In this document: piece by piece, positions 33,178 through 45,800 of the stretch
How positions within the stretch are numbered: position 1 is the stretch's first letter
How the letters are laid out: every line of letters begins with the position of its first letter
From: Tetramitus jugosus
Lineage: Eukaryota > Protista > Heterolobosea
Direction: 5' to 3'
Length of the DNA: 64,000 nucleotides
NCBI GenBank assembly: GCA_937625935.1
Contig: OW569384.1
Span: 186,001-250,000, forward strand
Notes under the pieces: model-generated
The model's input: the letters and a program-made list of their open reading frames with translations, nothing else
Told to the model about the DNA's origin: nothing
The model's database searches: none
Position numbers and translations under genes: made by a program

Positions 33178-34293
33178 ATGGAGATCAATGTCCCACCACC
33201 ACTCAATCAAATCAGTAAACTGTTCAATAATCAAGATTACTCTGATTGCACCGTTCAATTATCGAAAAGAAGAACACTTTACCTGAACAAGAGTATCCTC
33301 TGCATTCACAGTGACTTCTTCCGAGCGTGTTTTGCACATGGTATGAAGGAAGCAAGAGAAGGAGTGATTTACATGGATGATGGAGACGATGCGGAGTTGA
33401 TGGAAGCGTTGCTCAAGAGTCTTTATACTGGTAAGATTGAAATGAAGAACCAAAAAGACATTGCTCTCATGGTCGTACTGGCTGAAAAGTATCAATTGAA
33501 TACATTGATGCCAGCGCTCCTGGATACTTTGTTAAAGAACATGGATGAAGGCAATGTGTTGCACTGTGCAATGTTAAATCTAGAAAATGAACAGTTTCAA
33601 GCAGTGAAACAAAAGATGTCAAGAATCTTAAGTGAATCAGCCGATGCGATTCTCAGAGGAGACTCCTATTTGACTCTCACTTTTGACCAATGGCTCTCAG
33701 TTCTCAGTGTGTTGGTCACTGAGAAAAATCTTCTCGAAGCAGTAGAAGCATTACTTATGTGGATCAAATTTGACGAGAAAAATAGAGGGTCACACAGTCC
33801 GGAACTCATGTATGCGGTGACACAGGCTGCTCGTATCGATGCGAAGACCCCAAAGTTTGATCCAAAATTTTGTGGATCCAAAGCAAAACTTTCACATGGT
33901 AACAAGCATGTCATCAAATCTGGTGCACAAGGTTTTAACTGTGCTGTACTTGCAACAAAGTGTGACAACTTCTCCATACGATTGCTCAAAAATTGTGGCC
34001 GATTGAGAGTAGGAATGGCACCAAGGAAATTGGACAGAGAAGGGGCAAATTACAACAAACGTGGAGTGTTCTATGACTGCGGCACAAACTCCATTTTCGG
34101 GTCAAAAACTCTCAGACATGATCTTGCACTGGACTTCGCAGTCCAACAAGAGGGAAGAATTGAAGTTTCACTGAATGGCCAAACAATGACTATCTGGGGG
34201 TTTGGTTGGGTTTTTGAAACCCGTGTTCCAGCCATTGATTTGTATCCTGCTTTCCTTTTGTATGATGATGGATGCGAGTTTGAAATCGTGTAA
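33178..34293 (+). CDS. BTB/POZ + SPRY/NHR-like domain protein (tandem copy 2)
   Basis: Collinear paralog of 31874-32977. The ATG at 33178 aligns with the copy-1 start; an upstream in-frame ATG at 33094 is possible. Confidence 0.88.
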   Translation: MEINVPPPLNQISKLFNNQDYSDCTVQLSKRRTLYLNKSILCIHSDFFRACFAHGMKEAREGVIYMDDGDDAELMEALLKSLYTGKIEMKNQKDIALMVVLAEKYQLNTLMPALLDTLLKNMDEGNVLHCAMLNLENEQFQAVKQKMSRILSESADAILRGDSYLTLTFDQWLSVLSVLVTEKNLLEAVEALLMWIKFDEKNRGSHSPELMYAVTQAARIDAKTPKFDPKFCGSKAKLSHGNKHVIKSGAQGFNCAVLATKCDNFSIRLLKNCGRLRVGMAPRKLDREGANYNKRGVFYDCGTNSIFGSKTLRHDLALDFAVQQEGRIEVSLNGQTMTIWGFGWVFETRVPAIDLYPAFLLYDDGCEFEIV

Positions 34294-34339
34294 CATCAAA
34301 TTCGCTTCTATGTTCACAAAAGAATACAAAAACGAAGGA

Positions 34340-34461
34340 ATGACATTTCGCCTAGATCTAGTCTTTCGATACCCAAAATTCATTCAATCGCTAATAAAAA
34401 CTCGTTCGCAAGAACATCCTATGCGACTTTTCAGGCTTGGTTCACGTCTGGAGAAGGAGTG
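34340..34461 (+). pseudogene. Decayed fragment of a third BTB-gene copy
   Basis: aagaacatcctatgc-gacttttcaggcttggttcacgtctgga-gaaggagtg matches the KNILC...DFFRAWF...EGV segment of the two intact copies, with deletions and a frameshift. It is preceded by ggaatgacat, as at the copy-1 start. Confidence 0.55.
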
Positions 34462-34602
34462 CAACGATCTGCCAAAATGCTCCCACGATTTTGTTGGCTT
34501 AATTGTCTCAATTGTAACTCAATAACTTTGTTTCGGTCATTAAATTATCTGAACCGTAGATGAAAGGATTTATTTTTTTGATGATTCTTCCCTTTCATTG
34601 AC

Positions 34603-37600
34603 TCACATTTGGTCATCGTAGCGCTGGGATATCACATCTTGCTTTCTGATTGCAATTTGCTTTCTCAAATAAGGATGCTTGTATCTGTTGGCCATCTTCA
34701 TCAGATGTTCATGACTCACAACATTCTCAATGTCCTCAAAGGTCAACCTCCGCTCAGGACCCACCGATCTTTCTCTGAACGATGACAGAATGCTGGAAGC
34801 AAAACTGTTGGTGGGCAATTGCCGAACGCGACGAGTCGATGCTGATGGAGGGCTGAGTCCTTGGTCATCTTCCTCAAAATTGAATCCAGCCATGGATGAC
34901 TCACTGTCCTCCTCTAGATCATTCATAGTGTCCTGTTCATCTTCTTCGATTTCATCCATAGATGCTTCTCTGATGCCTAACACAATCTTGTCCACTTCTT
35001 CAATCTTGGATCGATAGTACAATCGATTGAGCACCACTGCTAAAACGATTAAAAATGGAACCATGATCACCCAAGTCTTCCATACTGCGAACAATGAAGG
35101 CAATATAGCCAATATGTAGATTGGAAACACCGAAATGTAATAGGATGAAACATCAGCCACAGTATTCACAACTCTTCCGTCTGACTCATGTGACTTCTCA
35201 TAGAAGAATAGAATCAGATACTTATCGACCCAGTAGGTGAAAACGTAGAAGAAGAGCACGAACACTAGAGTCAAGGGAGTCAATGCTCCAAAGACAAGCA
35301 TCAAAACCATGAAACTAATCTTGAAGCCGTAACTGCCGTCGTAATCAAATTCAATGCGATTCATCTTTTTCTCCATATACAATTGGAACATCATTCTTAG
35401 AAAAACTATTGCCAATTCAATACTCTTCGCGATCGTAGATAGAACGACACAAATAGTGATCATTTCGATACCAATATGATTGAAGTAATAAATGTAGTTA
35501 TTGAAAGGTGCTTTGGCGCCAAAGCACACCTTCCAAACTCCATTCACATACATGTAAAAATATGGCAATACAACAATCGAGAGTGTCATAAAGAACGAAG
35601 TTTTCCTGACAACTGACTTTCGGAACCCATATCTGGTGTGATGGCGCTCATAATCGGTTAGTATTTCCAACAAGGGTTTCACAAGTTCAGTTACAGCAGA
35701 AATCAACTCCGGAATCAATTCAACAACTCCCTGGAGGACGATGGCAATAGCATATTTCGAAATCAGATCCCAAATATTTGATTGATGATTCGATTTGTAC
35801 CAATGAAGGAGCGATGCGACGAACACGATTGAATACACGACCAACAATATAATAGTCATGATGCTGTTGGTGATGATGGATCGCAACCAAACCCTCCAAC
35901 CACTGAACGGCAAGTTATTGTAGTTTACATCATCCGATTCAGGAGCAGGAACGACATTGTAATCCCATCGACTGTCAACACACCACAAGGGGATACGAAT
36001 ACCACAGAAACTGAGCGAGTGATCGCCAACACATTGTTGTGCATTGGCAATGGTGGAAAAGGTAACAAATCCGTAACCAGTTCCCTTCACACCCTTCTTG
36101 TTTTCCTTCTTATCAATCTCGTTCTGAATCTTCTGCAACCTATCATAATAATAGCTCAGCGCATCTGACTGAGTCATTCTCAAGTAACCAGTTCGAACGG
36201 TGGCACGTTTGCCTGTCTTGTCCAATTGGTCCTGATAGTACTCCAACAAGCCTGTGACCCTATCTCGCTCTGCATCCAATTTTGAAAGAGCTCTTAAATC
36301 ATAGCAAATATGTGCATCTACAACAGTGTCTCCATATCTGTCCCTAAATTGGGCAAGTAATTGTTTGTTGTTTCGTAACTTTGGTGATAGACCAGATACC
36401 ATTACAGTAAATAGACTGCTGAAATTTTTGTTCGATTTGACCACAGTTCTCGCCAATTTCCTCAAAAAGCGCAAGTAAATGCATCCAATGGCCGCAAATG
36501 CCATAATGACCATGAACACGATCACGATCTTGCTGTTTTGCTTAAAGTCGATGGCAGCAATTGTCACTCCAGCAAAATCCTTAAAAGATATTTCGTGATC
36601 ATTACTAAAATAATACAGTGGTAGCAATATTGGCATACTGACGCACGCACAAGCAACCACAAACAACATCATATACTTTTGAAACCACAGATAATAATAT
36701 GCATCAGTACCACACTGTTCGATAATCTGTGAATCCGTGGCCGATATCAGCGAGTGGATAATTTCTCGAACAGAGTAGCGACCTGTTGTGGAATATCCTG
36801 GTAGGAATACTCGCTTCGGCAGTTCAGAATGATGTGAATCATCACCGTGATAATGCTTCTTGACTTGGAACTTTCCAACGCAGCACAAGAATGTTGATGA
36901 AACCAACACTAGAGCCAGTGTAATCAATGGAAATCCAGCATACAAGTGCGGTCCTTGATAAATCCATTGATAATCTGCTTTTTGCCAAATTTTGTTTGGA
37001 TCGGAAACAAATGCGCATTGGTAGGTCATCTCTGTTGCATTCCGAGGCAACAACAATGCGTAACCCATTTGATAATACTCTCTCGATTCTGATGCCACAG
37101 AAAGATCCTTGTACAAAATTTGACCCTGCTTCATCTTATAAGTCACAGGCTCACGATTATCCACATGAAAATTAAATGAGAAAAAGTATGGTCTTGCACT
37201 GTAGTGCACCTCCTTTTCATAGAAGTAATTGCCCACAATCAGATCCTTTGACTGATCCGTAATGTTTGCATCAAATGACAATCTAGGTTGCTGACCCAAT
37301 GGATACTTTAAGTTTTCGGAATAGAGACCACCACGTATCAATTTCACTATTTGTTTGTTACAAATGAACAACAAAGAAATGAACACAAAAAAGAATCGCG
37401 TGTCAGCTGACGCGCATGAAAAATAGCAACAACGACAACAACGACAAAATACGAGTGGCCACTCACGACAACATACATTCAGTTGTAGGACACTGATCAA
37501 CACTCGTAAAAATACCATTGTGGCAGTGATCAGGGATCGATTGACCAAACGTGGCACTCTCGACAACGAACCACGTCACATTGTACTTGTATTTACAATC

Positions 37601-37777
37601 CTTGATTGTCAATGCACACTTGTTGGTCAATGCGCACCACACATCGCCTTGTTCAATGCACGAAATGCAGCTGTTGCTTGATGATGAGCTCACGCTTGTG
37701 ACTGTCATCAATAGCAAAACAGAGAAAAGTAAACAGAGAGCAACACCAAGAGGTGCTCTAGTTGTTGTTGCCATCAT
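34603..37777 (-). CDS. OSCA/TMEM63-like channel with signal peptide and Cys-rich PSI-like ectodomain; exons 37777-37477 and 37346-34603
   Basis: The phase-1 intron 37476-37347 (GTATGT...TAG) fuses the 37463-37852 and 34603-37566 ORFs (CPTTE-L-KLIRGG). Motifs CGTDAYYYLWFQ, FTVMVSGL, GYGFVTF, APESDDVNYNNL, YWVDKY. Confidence 0.85.
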
Positions 37778-38462
37778 CTCGTTTGTTGTTTTGATGAATG
37801 AACGCTGGTGAGAGAACAATTTGTTCCCTGAACAGCGAATCGAACATTCCACACACGCGTTGGAAAGAGAAGGAGCGGAGTAAAGATCACATTGTCCGAT
37901 TTTGAGGGACGCTTTGATGATGTTTCAAGTTGCGGTTGATGTCAAGAATAGAAATCTGTGATGATTTCCCGGTCCTTTTGGTCACAAAAAAAACACCAAA
38001 ATAACCCTCTAAAAAGTTCTCAGCGAACGAGTCAAAACAACACAATCATCACGGCAAACACGCAACAACAAAAAAATAGTCTTTGCTCAAAAGAAAAAAA
38101 ACATCAGCAACTTCCCCCCAAAATCAAGTCTCCATTGTACAATTCCCATCTCATCGCTAAGGACAAGGAGTAGATATATACCAACCAACTACACTGTACA
38201 TTCCCATTCGATATCCTCTCTCAATCAGCATTTACCACCAACACAATCCAACAATTTCTCTCTCACACATACACACACACACACCCCGTAAATATCCCAT
38301 TATAGATACACACAATCGAAACTTCTTTCGAAACAACACACTGATTCATCTTTGACCAAACGATATTCACCACCAACAAGACAACAACGACCTACTACAT
38401 ATTTCCCCTACTATTGATACAAACAACAACAACAACAACAATTCACAATATAATTTTAAATT

Positions 38463-39854
38463 ATGCAAAATTTATTCCGAATGCTCAACTCTACCTCCAG
38501 CCCCTCACCAACAAATAACAACAACAACAACAGCAATAGCAATAATAATGCCACAAGCTCTTCATCATTGACTACTCCCACCTCCACACCACCAAATCCA
38601 ACTTCTTCCTCATCTTCTTCCTCCTCATCTAGTAGCACTACTAGTGCTAGTAGATTTGGTCAATTTTTTTGGGGAAGCTCCAACAACAACAACAGCAACA
38701 ATAGCTCTTCCAACGCATCGACGAGCAACAGTCAACAAACAACGACAGGAGGAAGTCAGAGCAAGGCCAACACTCAACAAGAAACGATAGCTACTTTGAC
38801 AAAGCAACAAATTACAGATTTTTTCAATCATGTCCATGGAAACAATTTGACTGAAGTGAGTCGATTGATTGATGAGAATATTGAGTACTTGCACTGCAGA
38901 GAAGACACTGAATGGAAGTACACTGCTCTTCATTGGTAAGTTCAAAAAAAACGAGTCTTTATTTATTTGTGTGTGTGTTGAAGCTTAAACTTTCCAATGT
39001 ATGAACCAAACGGTTGAACTAACACCGACACGCAATATTTTTTTTGGCGCCTCAATTTTTTTCCATTGTAATCTTCATCATACATGACGATATTTTTGTA
39101 TCCTTCTTTGCTTGCGTTGGGAATTTTTTCATCAAAAAATGTGATGGTCGGCAACAACAGGGCAAGTCAAAAGGGATTTGATGCCATGGTGAGCATACTC
39201 ATCAACAAGGGTGTCAATGTCAGTCAAGAAGCCAGCAAATACAATTGGAAAGCAATTCATTTGGCATGTCGTTTTGGTCATCCAAGAGTTGTTGTCCAAT
39301 TGTTGGACGCTGGTGAAAATGTCAATGTTGTTCAAGATGACGATGATAAGGCCAATGCCATCCACTGGGCTGCTCAATTTGGACACGAAGAAGTGTTCAA
39401 TCTCCTGATTAGCAGAGGTGCTGACTATACGTTCAAGAATGCAAAGGGCAACAGCCTGATTCACATTGGTGCATGCTACGGTTTCTGTTTTGTGATTGAT
39501 CGATGCTTGGAGCTCGGATGTGACATCAATATGAGAACTGACAACAAGTGGGAGTACACTGGACTGCATTGGGCAGCACAGTTTGACAAACCACATGTCA
39601 TTCGTCATTTGATTGAAAGAGGAGCCAAGATTCATCTCAAATCACGTAGCAACAACTTTACGCCACTCGAATTGGCTGAAAAGTATAACAATAAGGAGTG
39701 TGCTCAGGTGTTGAAGGACAGAATGGAGTATGAGAAGGAGATGGAATGGTATAGGATTATGGCACCATCGAGAAGAATGCTCCAGAGACAAAAGGAAAAT
39801 TGCTATGTTGACATGGAAATCATTTGTGATCTTTCACGGAGTGATGTATTGTAA
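38463..39854 (+). CDS. Ankyrin-repeat protein; exons 38463-38935 and 39161-39854
   Basis: The phase-2 intron 38936-39160 (GTAAGT...CAG) restores TALHWASQKG. Further repeats AIHLAC, AIHWAAQFG, GLHWAAQFD, TPLELA. Confidence 0.9.
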
Positions 39855-40020
39855 TGGCATGGATCACCATCTTCAAGCCAACAACTGCAACAGCAACAAC
39901 ACGAGAGAACCCATTCACCTCATATGTGTGTGTCGGAGGTGATTTCATGGCCTCATCATACGTCCTACCATTGTACGATATTGTAAAATGATTACCAACT
40001 TATTTTTCAGAAAGATTTTA

Positions 40021-42026
40021 TTACTGTTGTTGTTGTTTCAGCCTGGCAATCTCTTCCTTGAGTGCAGCGACCTCAGTCTGCCATTCTTCTTCCATACTTG
40101 CCTTTTCCTGTTGCAACTGTTCTACCTTTCGCTTCAGTGCTCCATTCTCGAATTGCAAGGCGGCCATACGCTTCTTATCACTTTCGGTTTGACTCTTGTT
40201 GAGTGATACAGTGTCTGGAAAGAGTGTTTTGGCATGAACGATCAACAGCTCACAAACCTTGTTGATGAATTTCGTATTTTGAACCAACTTTTGTGCATCT
40301 TCCTCCTCTGGTCTCATTCTCATCAAATTCATTCCAAAACAAGTGGATATAGTAGCAGGACTCATTTTAGTTTCAGGGCTAGCAATAACCTTGAGGAAGA
40401 ACTGAATGATACGAGAAAGACAGGCCTTATACGTAGCAGGCACCATAGATATCAACTTTTGCAGTTCTCTCACCTGTTCATCAGAGCTAGTTTTCTTGAC
40501 GGCACTAATAAACTGATCAAAATAGTCATACGTCAGCAGAGGTTCTGGCAATTCTCTTGTGAATGACTTGATGAGACCACAGACAGTGTGTGGCTTTCCC
40601 GTTCCATTCAAATTCAATTCATCGAAATCAATTTCCTGTCCCTTGTCAATATCCTTTCTCAATTGTTCCATGTCTTTTGTTTGACCTGGAACTCGCAGCA
40701 ATCCTTCCACCTTGAGACAATTGCGCTCCAAATAACTTAAAATATTCTCAACCACGACTGGATAAGGACCTGGTTCTTCCTCTCTTCGCAAAATCACCTC
40801 CAATGGCATACCAAACACTCTCTTCGAGTCTGCCTTGTTCAGTAAACGCCTTGTTTGAACAATTGGGTTGGCCTGTGGTGGAGCAATCGTGCTCGTCTTG
40901 AAACCACTCTTCTCCATCATTCTCTTGACTGGATTCTCACTAATGTCCTCTTGTGGACCAGTGTCTGACATCTCACTAGGTGATGAGACAACAGATGGAT
41001 CAACCAAAGAAGCCGAAGGAGAGGACGACGAGTTTCTGTTCGTTTGCACAGGAGACAACGAAGAACTAAAACGGTTGGATGCTGGACGTTCATCATAATC
41101 ATCAGTCTGAGCTCCTCCTCCGTTTGGTGCGTTGATCAACGACAAGACACTATCAGGAGGAGTAGGACTGTACACTGTCGTAGAAATCATTCTTCTCGAA
41201 GTTCTTGCATGCTTCTTGTTCAATCGTTCGATGAATAGCACAGGAAAATCATCGTCGGTAATCTTCTCACCAAGATTTCTCTTGAGAGCAACTTCAATAG
41301 CCTCCATAATGTCATCGTCTTCGATTGGGTTATTGGAGAGAACAACCTTTCGAAGTGTTTGATTGTGACCAAAGTAGAGCACTTCAGCAAGTGCGTTGGC
41401 ACCCTTGTCATGTATGTCGCAACCGAATAGGCCCAGATATTGTAGTGTAGAGTTGTTTGCTAACAGCTTTGCAAAATGTTCCACACCTTCATCGCTAATT
41501 TTGTTATTGTACAAATTCAAGTTTCTGACCGTAGTGTTCTGCTTGAGCGCGTTCGCAAGTTTTTCGGCGCCTAATTTTTTTTTGCACATTGGTATTTTAC
41601 AACAACCACGAGGTAGGTGTCAGCTTAACATGAATTTTTGTGGACTAACAAAAGAAAATAAACGATTGTGTGTCTGTGCCCATGCATACATGATAACAAG
41701 CAGCACACATAAAACACAAACAGCTTCCATCTATTATACAACTACATACCAAATGCTGACAGATGATTAAACTCCAGCTTTATCGTATGGAACTTTGGAC
41801 ATGATCGTATAATTTCAGTCACATAGTCCACACCAGTATCAGTAATGTTATTACCAATGAGCTCTAACGTATGAAAAAGCTTTTGATTATCTATGATTGT
41901 GCCAATGAGTTCCTTGAGACCATCGTCTCCAATTTTCATCTCTGTCAAATCACAGACACCATCCATCTTTGGAATGGCGGCTTTGAGTGATTTGGCTGGA
42001 TTTTTCTTGAAAAGCTTTTTGTGCAT
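40021..42026 (-). CDS. RI-like LRR + RhoGAP + coiled-coil protein; exons 42026-41750 and 41570-40021
   Basis: The phase-1 intron 41749-41571 (GTATGT...TAG) restores NHLSAFGAEKLA. LRRs (LxLxxNxIxDxG). RhoGAP VFGMPLE, EGLLRVPG (Arg finger), KSFTRELPEPLL. Confidence 0.9.
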
Positions 42027-42528
42027 GTTGTGATTGTATGATAAATGTCTGGTATGTATCTCTTGTTTCGCAGTTAGTGAATGAGAGACGTGACTTGTTT
42101 GACTTTTCTCTGCTTGTTGGTTGTTGTTTGGGGAGCAGAAGCGGACGTTGTTTGTTGTTAGCGCTGGGTTTCTGCGTTTGTTTTGTCCCACGTTTTGCGA
42201 TGACAAGTGAAATGTCTTGCTCTTTGACGAGACAATCAAGACCCCGACAACTCCTAAATACAGCGTTGCCTCGGAAAAACGGCTATGGTCTCAGAGAGAA
42301 CCAGTTGGCACAGATATCGTTTCATGCAATACAACTAGAGCTTTTTGTGTATTGGCAAGTCGTAAATCATTCTATCACTAGTGACTCTGATTCGTGATAT
42401 TCAATGAATATCGTGCGTGTTCAACTTTGTTGCTATTTAAGGAGCATGATTGAGAGATCCCAGAAAAGAGTTGGCTACATTGCCTTGTGACAGTCCGCTT
42501 GAAAAACAATAGAGCAACAACCATCACT

Positions 42529-42789
42529 ATGAACAACAAGTGGCAAGTACCTTTTGGTGTATGTGCCGTAGGAATCGTAGCAACCGTGCTATTGAACCGT
42601 TATGAAGCAGTTCGTTACTCTCAAAGGGTTCAAACTAGAAATCCAGGCGTAAATCCAACACCATATGACCAAAAAAACAAAGGTAGGTTTCAAATCTATG
42701 TCAATGACAAATCTTTCTTCAATAATTGAAGGTTGTATTCACTCGCGCTTGTACTTTGTATTGATCCAGCCAAATCCCGAATTCAATGA
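42529..42789 (+). CDS. Small single-TM protein, possibly spliced (intron 42683-42769)
   Basis: MNNKWQVPFGVCAVGIVATVLLNRY... A candidate GTAGGT...CAG intron gives the C-terminus KAKSRIQ*; unspliced, the ORF ends at 42729. Confidence 0.45.
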
Positions 42790-42918
42790 ACATTCATCCA
42801 ATTTCCTGACGTTCATCATAAAAACTATTTCTCCGTCTCCATTTGTCGGGCAATAAACTTCAAACTCACACACAACAACAAAAAGAACAACCACTGCGTT
42901 GCAACATCAATCATCATC

Positions 42919-43776
42919 ATGTCCAAACACAGACCAGAACTCACAGCTCCACCAGAGCTCTTTTATGATACGACACAAGCCAAAAAATACGCTCAAAACA
43001 GTCGTATTCTCGAAATTCAATCAAAAATGAGTGAGCGTGCCATTGAGTTGCTCGCCATTCCAGAAGACAACACCACACCAATGCTCATTCTCGATATTGG
43101 CTGTGGATCCGGTATTTCTGGTCAAACACTGACCGATCAGGGCCATGCTTGGATTGGAATGGACATTTCGAGACCGATGCTCGACGTGGCACGTGAAAAT
43201 GAAGTGGAAGGTGATTTGTTTCAGGCAGATATGGGACAAGGACTGTTTTTCAGAGTGGGCATGTTTGATGCTGCAGTGAGCATCTCTGCTGTTCAATGGT
43301 TGTGCAATGCAGATAAGAAGGATCATGTGCCACAGAAGCGGTTAATGAGATTTTTTTCAACACTGTATCGGTCGTTGAGAAAGGGTGCGAGAGCCGTGTT
43401 TCAATTCTATCCAGAGAATTCGCAACAAATGGAGTTGATTACACAGAGTGCAATGAAGGCTGGTTTCAGTGGTGGTATGGTGGTTGATTATCCAAATTCA
43501 GCACGTGCCAAAAAGTATTTCCTAGTGTTGTTTGCCGGTATTCCTGATCGAATTGCTCAGAAGCAGATGCCAAAGGGATTGGAAGATGAGAATGAAGCAC
43601 AGGTGAGAAATGTGACCACCAGGAAGAATCATGAGAAGAGAGGCAAGGGCAAAGACAGAGTCATGATCAAGAGCAAGGAATGGATCATACAGCAAAAGGA
43701 ACGGCAATTGGCCCGAGGCAATGAAGTGAAGCCATTCAGCAAATATACTGGTAGAAAGAGAAAGCCAAAGTTTTAA
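42919..43776 (+). CDS. BUD23: 18S rRNA m7G methyltransferase BUD23/WBSCR22
   Basis: RPELTAPPELFY, LDIGCGSGISG, SISAVQWLCNA, FQFYPE, GGMVVDYPNS, KYTGRKRK. Confidence 0.96.
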   Translation: MSKHRPELTAPPELFYDTTQAKKYAQNSRILEIQSKMSERAIELLAIPEDNTTPMLILDIGCGSGISGQTLTDQGHAWIGMDISRPMLDVARENEVEGDLFQADMGQGLFFRVGMFDAAVSISAVQWLCNADKKDHVPQKRLMRFFSTLYRSLRKGARAVFQFYPENSQQMELITQSAMKAGFSGGMVVDYPNSARAKKYFLVLFAGIPDRIAQKQMPKGLEDENEAQVRNVTTRKNHEKRGKGKDRVMIKSKEWIIQQKERQLARGNEVKPFSKYTGRKRKPKF

Positions 43777-43851
43777 AACTCAGTAGTGAATTAAAAGAAT
43801 TTTGTGTGAAAACAGAATTTCTTGGTTTCTTCTTCTTGTCGTCGGTGTTTA

Positions 43852-45357
43852 TTAATCTGATTCAGTTGTTGCTGGTGCTTCTTGGTTGTTGGTGTTGGAG
43901 TCTTCCTCGGCATAGTGTTCAACATTCATTTGATGCAGACCCAAGTCCTCATCCTGTTCCCAACTTCTGGTATACTTTTCAATGGTCATGTTTGGATCTG
44001 GATCAGGTGCATACAAGTTTTGCAAATAACTGTTGGACACTGGATCGTCAACAATAATGGTGAATGGCACTGTTCCACTCTCCAACTCTTCCAACTTACC
44101 CAAAAATTCCAAATGCTTACTCTTGTCAATGTTCAATGAACTGTCACCCAACTGGAATTGATTCATTCTCTTCAATTGATCTCTCAATGCTTCCAACAAA
44201 CCTTCAATCGTAGTGAACTTGCCACCCATGGATCCCTCAGTAATGTGCAAATCAATCTCTGGAATAGTGACTGAAGCAGTCTCTGATTTCAACAAATCTC
44301 TGCTCATGTCCTCCACACTGTTCACAGCAAGAGTAATCTTTGTTCCCTGTTCGGCAATGGCACCACCGGCCTTGATCTCATTCGTCTTGTAACCGCAGTG
44401 ATCACATGCGAACGCCATGAGGATAATCTTCTTGAAATGAGGAATATCAGTCTCAATCATCTTACATTCACCGTTGCGACCACAATTGTAGCAACTCTCG
44501 TGGAAAACAAGAATGTCTCTCTCGTCAGTCACATGAATGGCCATTGCCTTTTCAAACCTTTCTGCTTCTTCTTGTGTGCTAATCAGTGAGTTGGCTCTTG
44601 GTGCAGCATTTCTGTGTTGTTCGACTCTTCCTTCATCGTGACTCAACAAGACATCATCCTCTGTCATACCCAATCCCAGAGACATATTCTCCTCCTTTGT
44701 TCTCGTGTAATGATACGTCTTGATTTGAGGATCCTCCAATGGTGCACACAAATTCTCAATGTTGGAATTACCTGCTGGATCATCCAAAATGACAGTGTAT
44801 GGACCACCTTGCAACAACAAGCATCGATTCTTCAATTTTTCAACAAATTGATCAATTTTTTCAGCATTTTCAGGATCCGAAATCTTTCTCACTGGTTGTT
44901 GCTCCATCAAATCATCTACAGCACGACTCAACAAGCCTTCCAACGTGTTGAGAGAGCCTTTTTGAGTAATGGCTGGTACTTCAAAGTCAAGCTCAGGAAT
45001 CTTGATGACAGCAGAGTCAGACTTTACAATTTGTCTGTTCAAATCCTTTTCATTTTCCACGTGGAGCTTGATATTCACACCTTTTTCTCCGAATCTCCCG
45101 CCAAATTGAATTTCTTGATTACGGTAACCGCAGTGAGTGCACTCAAAGCTCATGACAATGACTTCTTTAAAGTGAGGGATAATGGTGAAGAGGAGACGAG
45201 TCTCTCCATTGTCGTGACAGTTCATGCACAAACTTTCGATAACAGTGGGCATGTTTTCGTGTTCAATGTCATCTCTCATGTCATGAAAGATTTCTTCATC
45301 TTGTTGTTGTTGTTGAGTTGTGGTTGTTGTTGGTTCCACTTGTTGTTGAGTATCCAT
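43852..45357 (-). CDS. ZPR1: Zinc finger protein ZPR1
   Basis: Two C4 fingers (ESLCMNC...FECTHCG; CYNC...FACDHCGY), each followed by an A/B domain (DDPAGNS, DDPVSNSYLQNLYAPDPDP). Confidence 0.96.
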   Translation of the reverse strand: MDTQQQVEPTTTTTQQQQQDEEIFHDMRDDIEHENMPTVIESLCMNCHDNGETRLLFTIIPHFKEVIVMSFECTHCGYRNQEIQFGGRFGEKGVNIKLHVENEKDLNRQIVKSDSAVIKIPELDFEVPAITQKGSLNTLEGLLSRAVDDLMEQQPVRKISDPENAEKIDQFVEKLKNRCLLLQGGPYTVILDDPAGNSNIENLCAPLEDPQIKTYHYTRTKEENMSLGLGMTEDDVLLSHDEGRVEQHRNAAPRANSLISTQEEAERFEKAMAIHVTDERDILVFHESCYNCGRNGECKMIETDIPHFKKIILMAFACDHCGYKTNEIKAGGAIAEQGTKITLAVNSVEDMSRDLLKSETASVTIPEIDLHITEGSMGGKFTTIEGLLEALRDQLKRMNQFQLGDSSLNIDKSKHLEFLGKLEELESGTVPFTIIVDDPVSNSYLQNLYAPDPDPNMTIEKYTRSWEQDEDLGLHQMNVEHYAEEDSNTNNQEAPATTESD

Positions 45358-45800
45358 TTTATTGTTGTTTGTGTTGTGATTGTTTGTTTTTCTTTTGTTG
45401 TTTTGGTTTATATTTAAAAACTAGGGCTCACAGTTTTTGTGTGGAATTGCGTGGAAATGACAATTTCCGCACCAAAAATTCCGCACTAGTGAGAAATAGG
45501 TAGGACGTGTCTCGAGAAAGCTTGCAAGGAGTGAGTTGCATTTGAGAAGAGCACGTCTGACTGACTTGAGTGCATTTATGAAAATCCAGTCCATGAAGAA
45601 CTACATCAAGTGCTTGATGCAGACAAAAAAATTTCGCCAAATCAATATTCACGCCCATAATCCTCCGCTCGAAAGAAAATTGAATCTCTCCGAGAGCAAA
45701 TCGGACTAACCCATTTCACCAACTGTCACCTGACACAAAAAAATTACCTTTTGCAAAAGTGAAAAAACCAAAAAAACAACCAACAACAGCTGCACCAACA

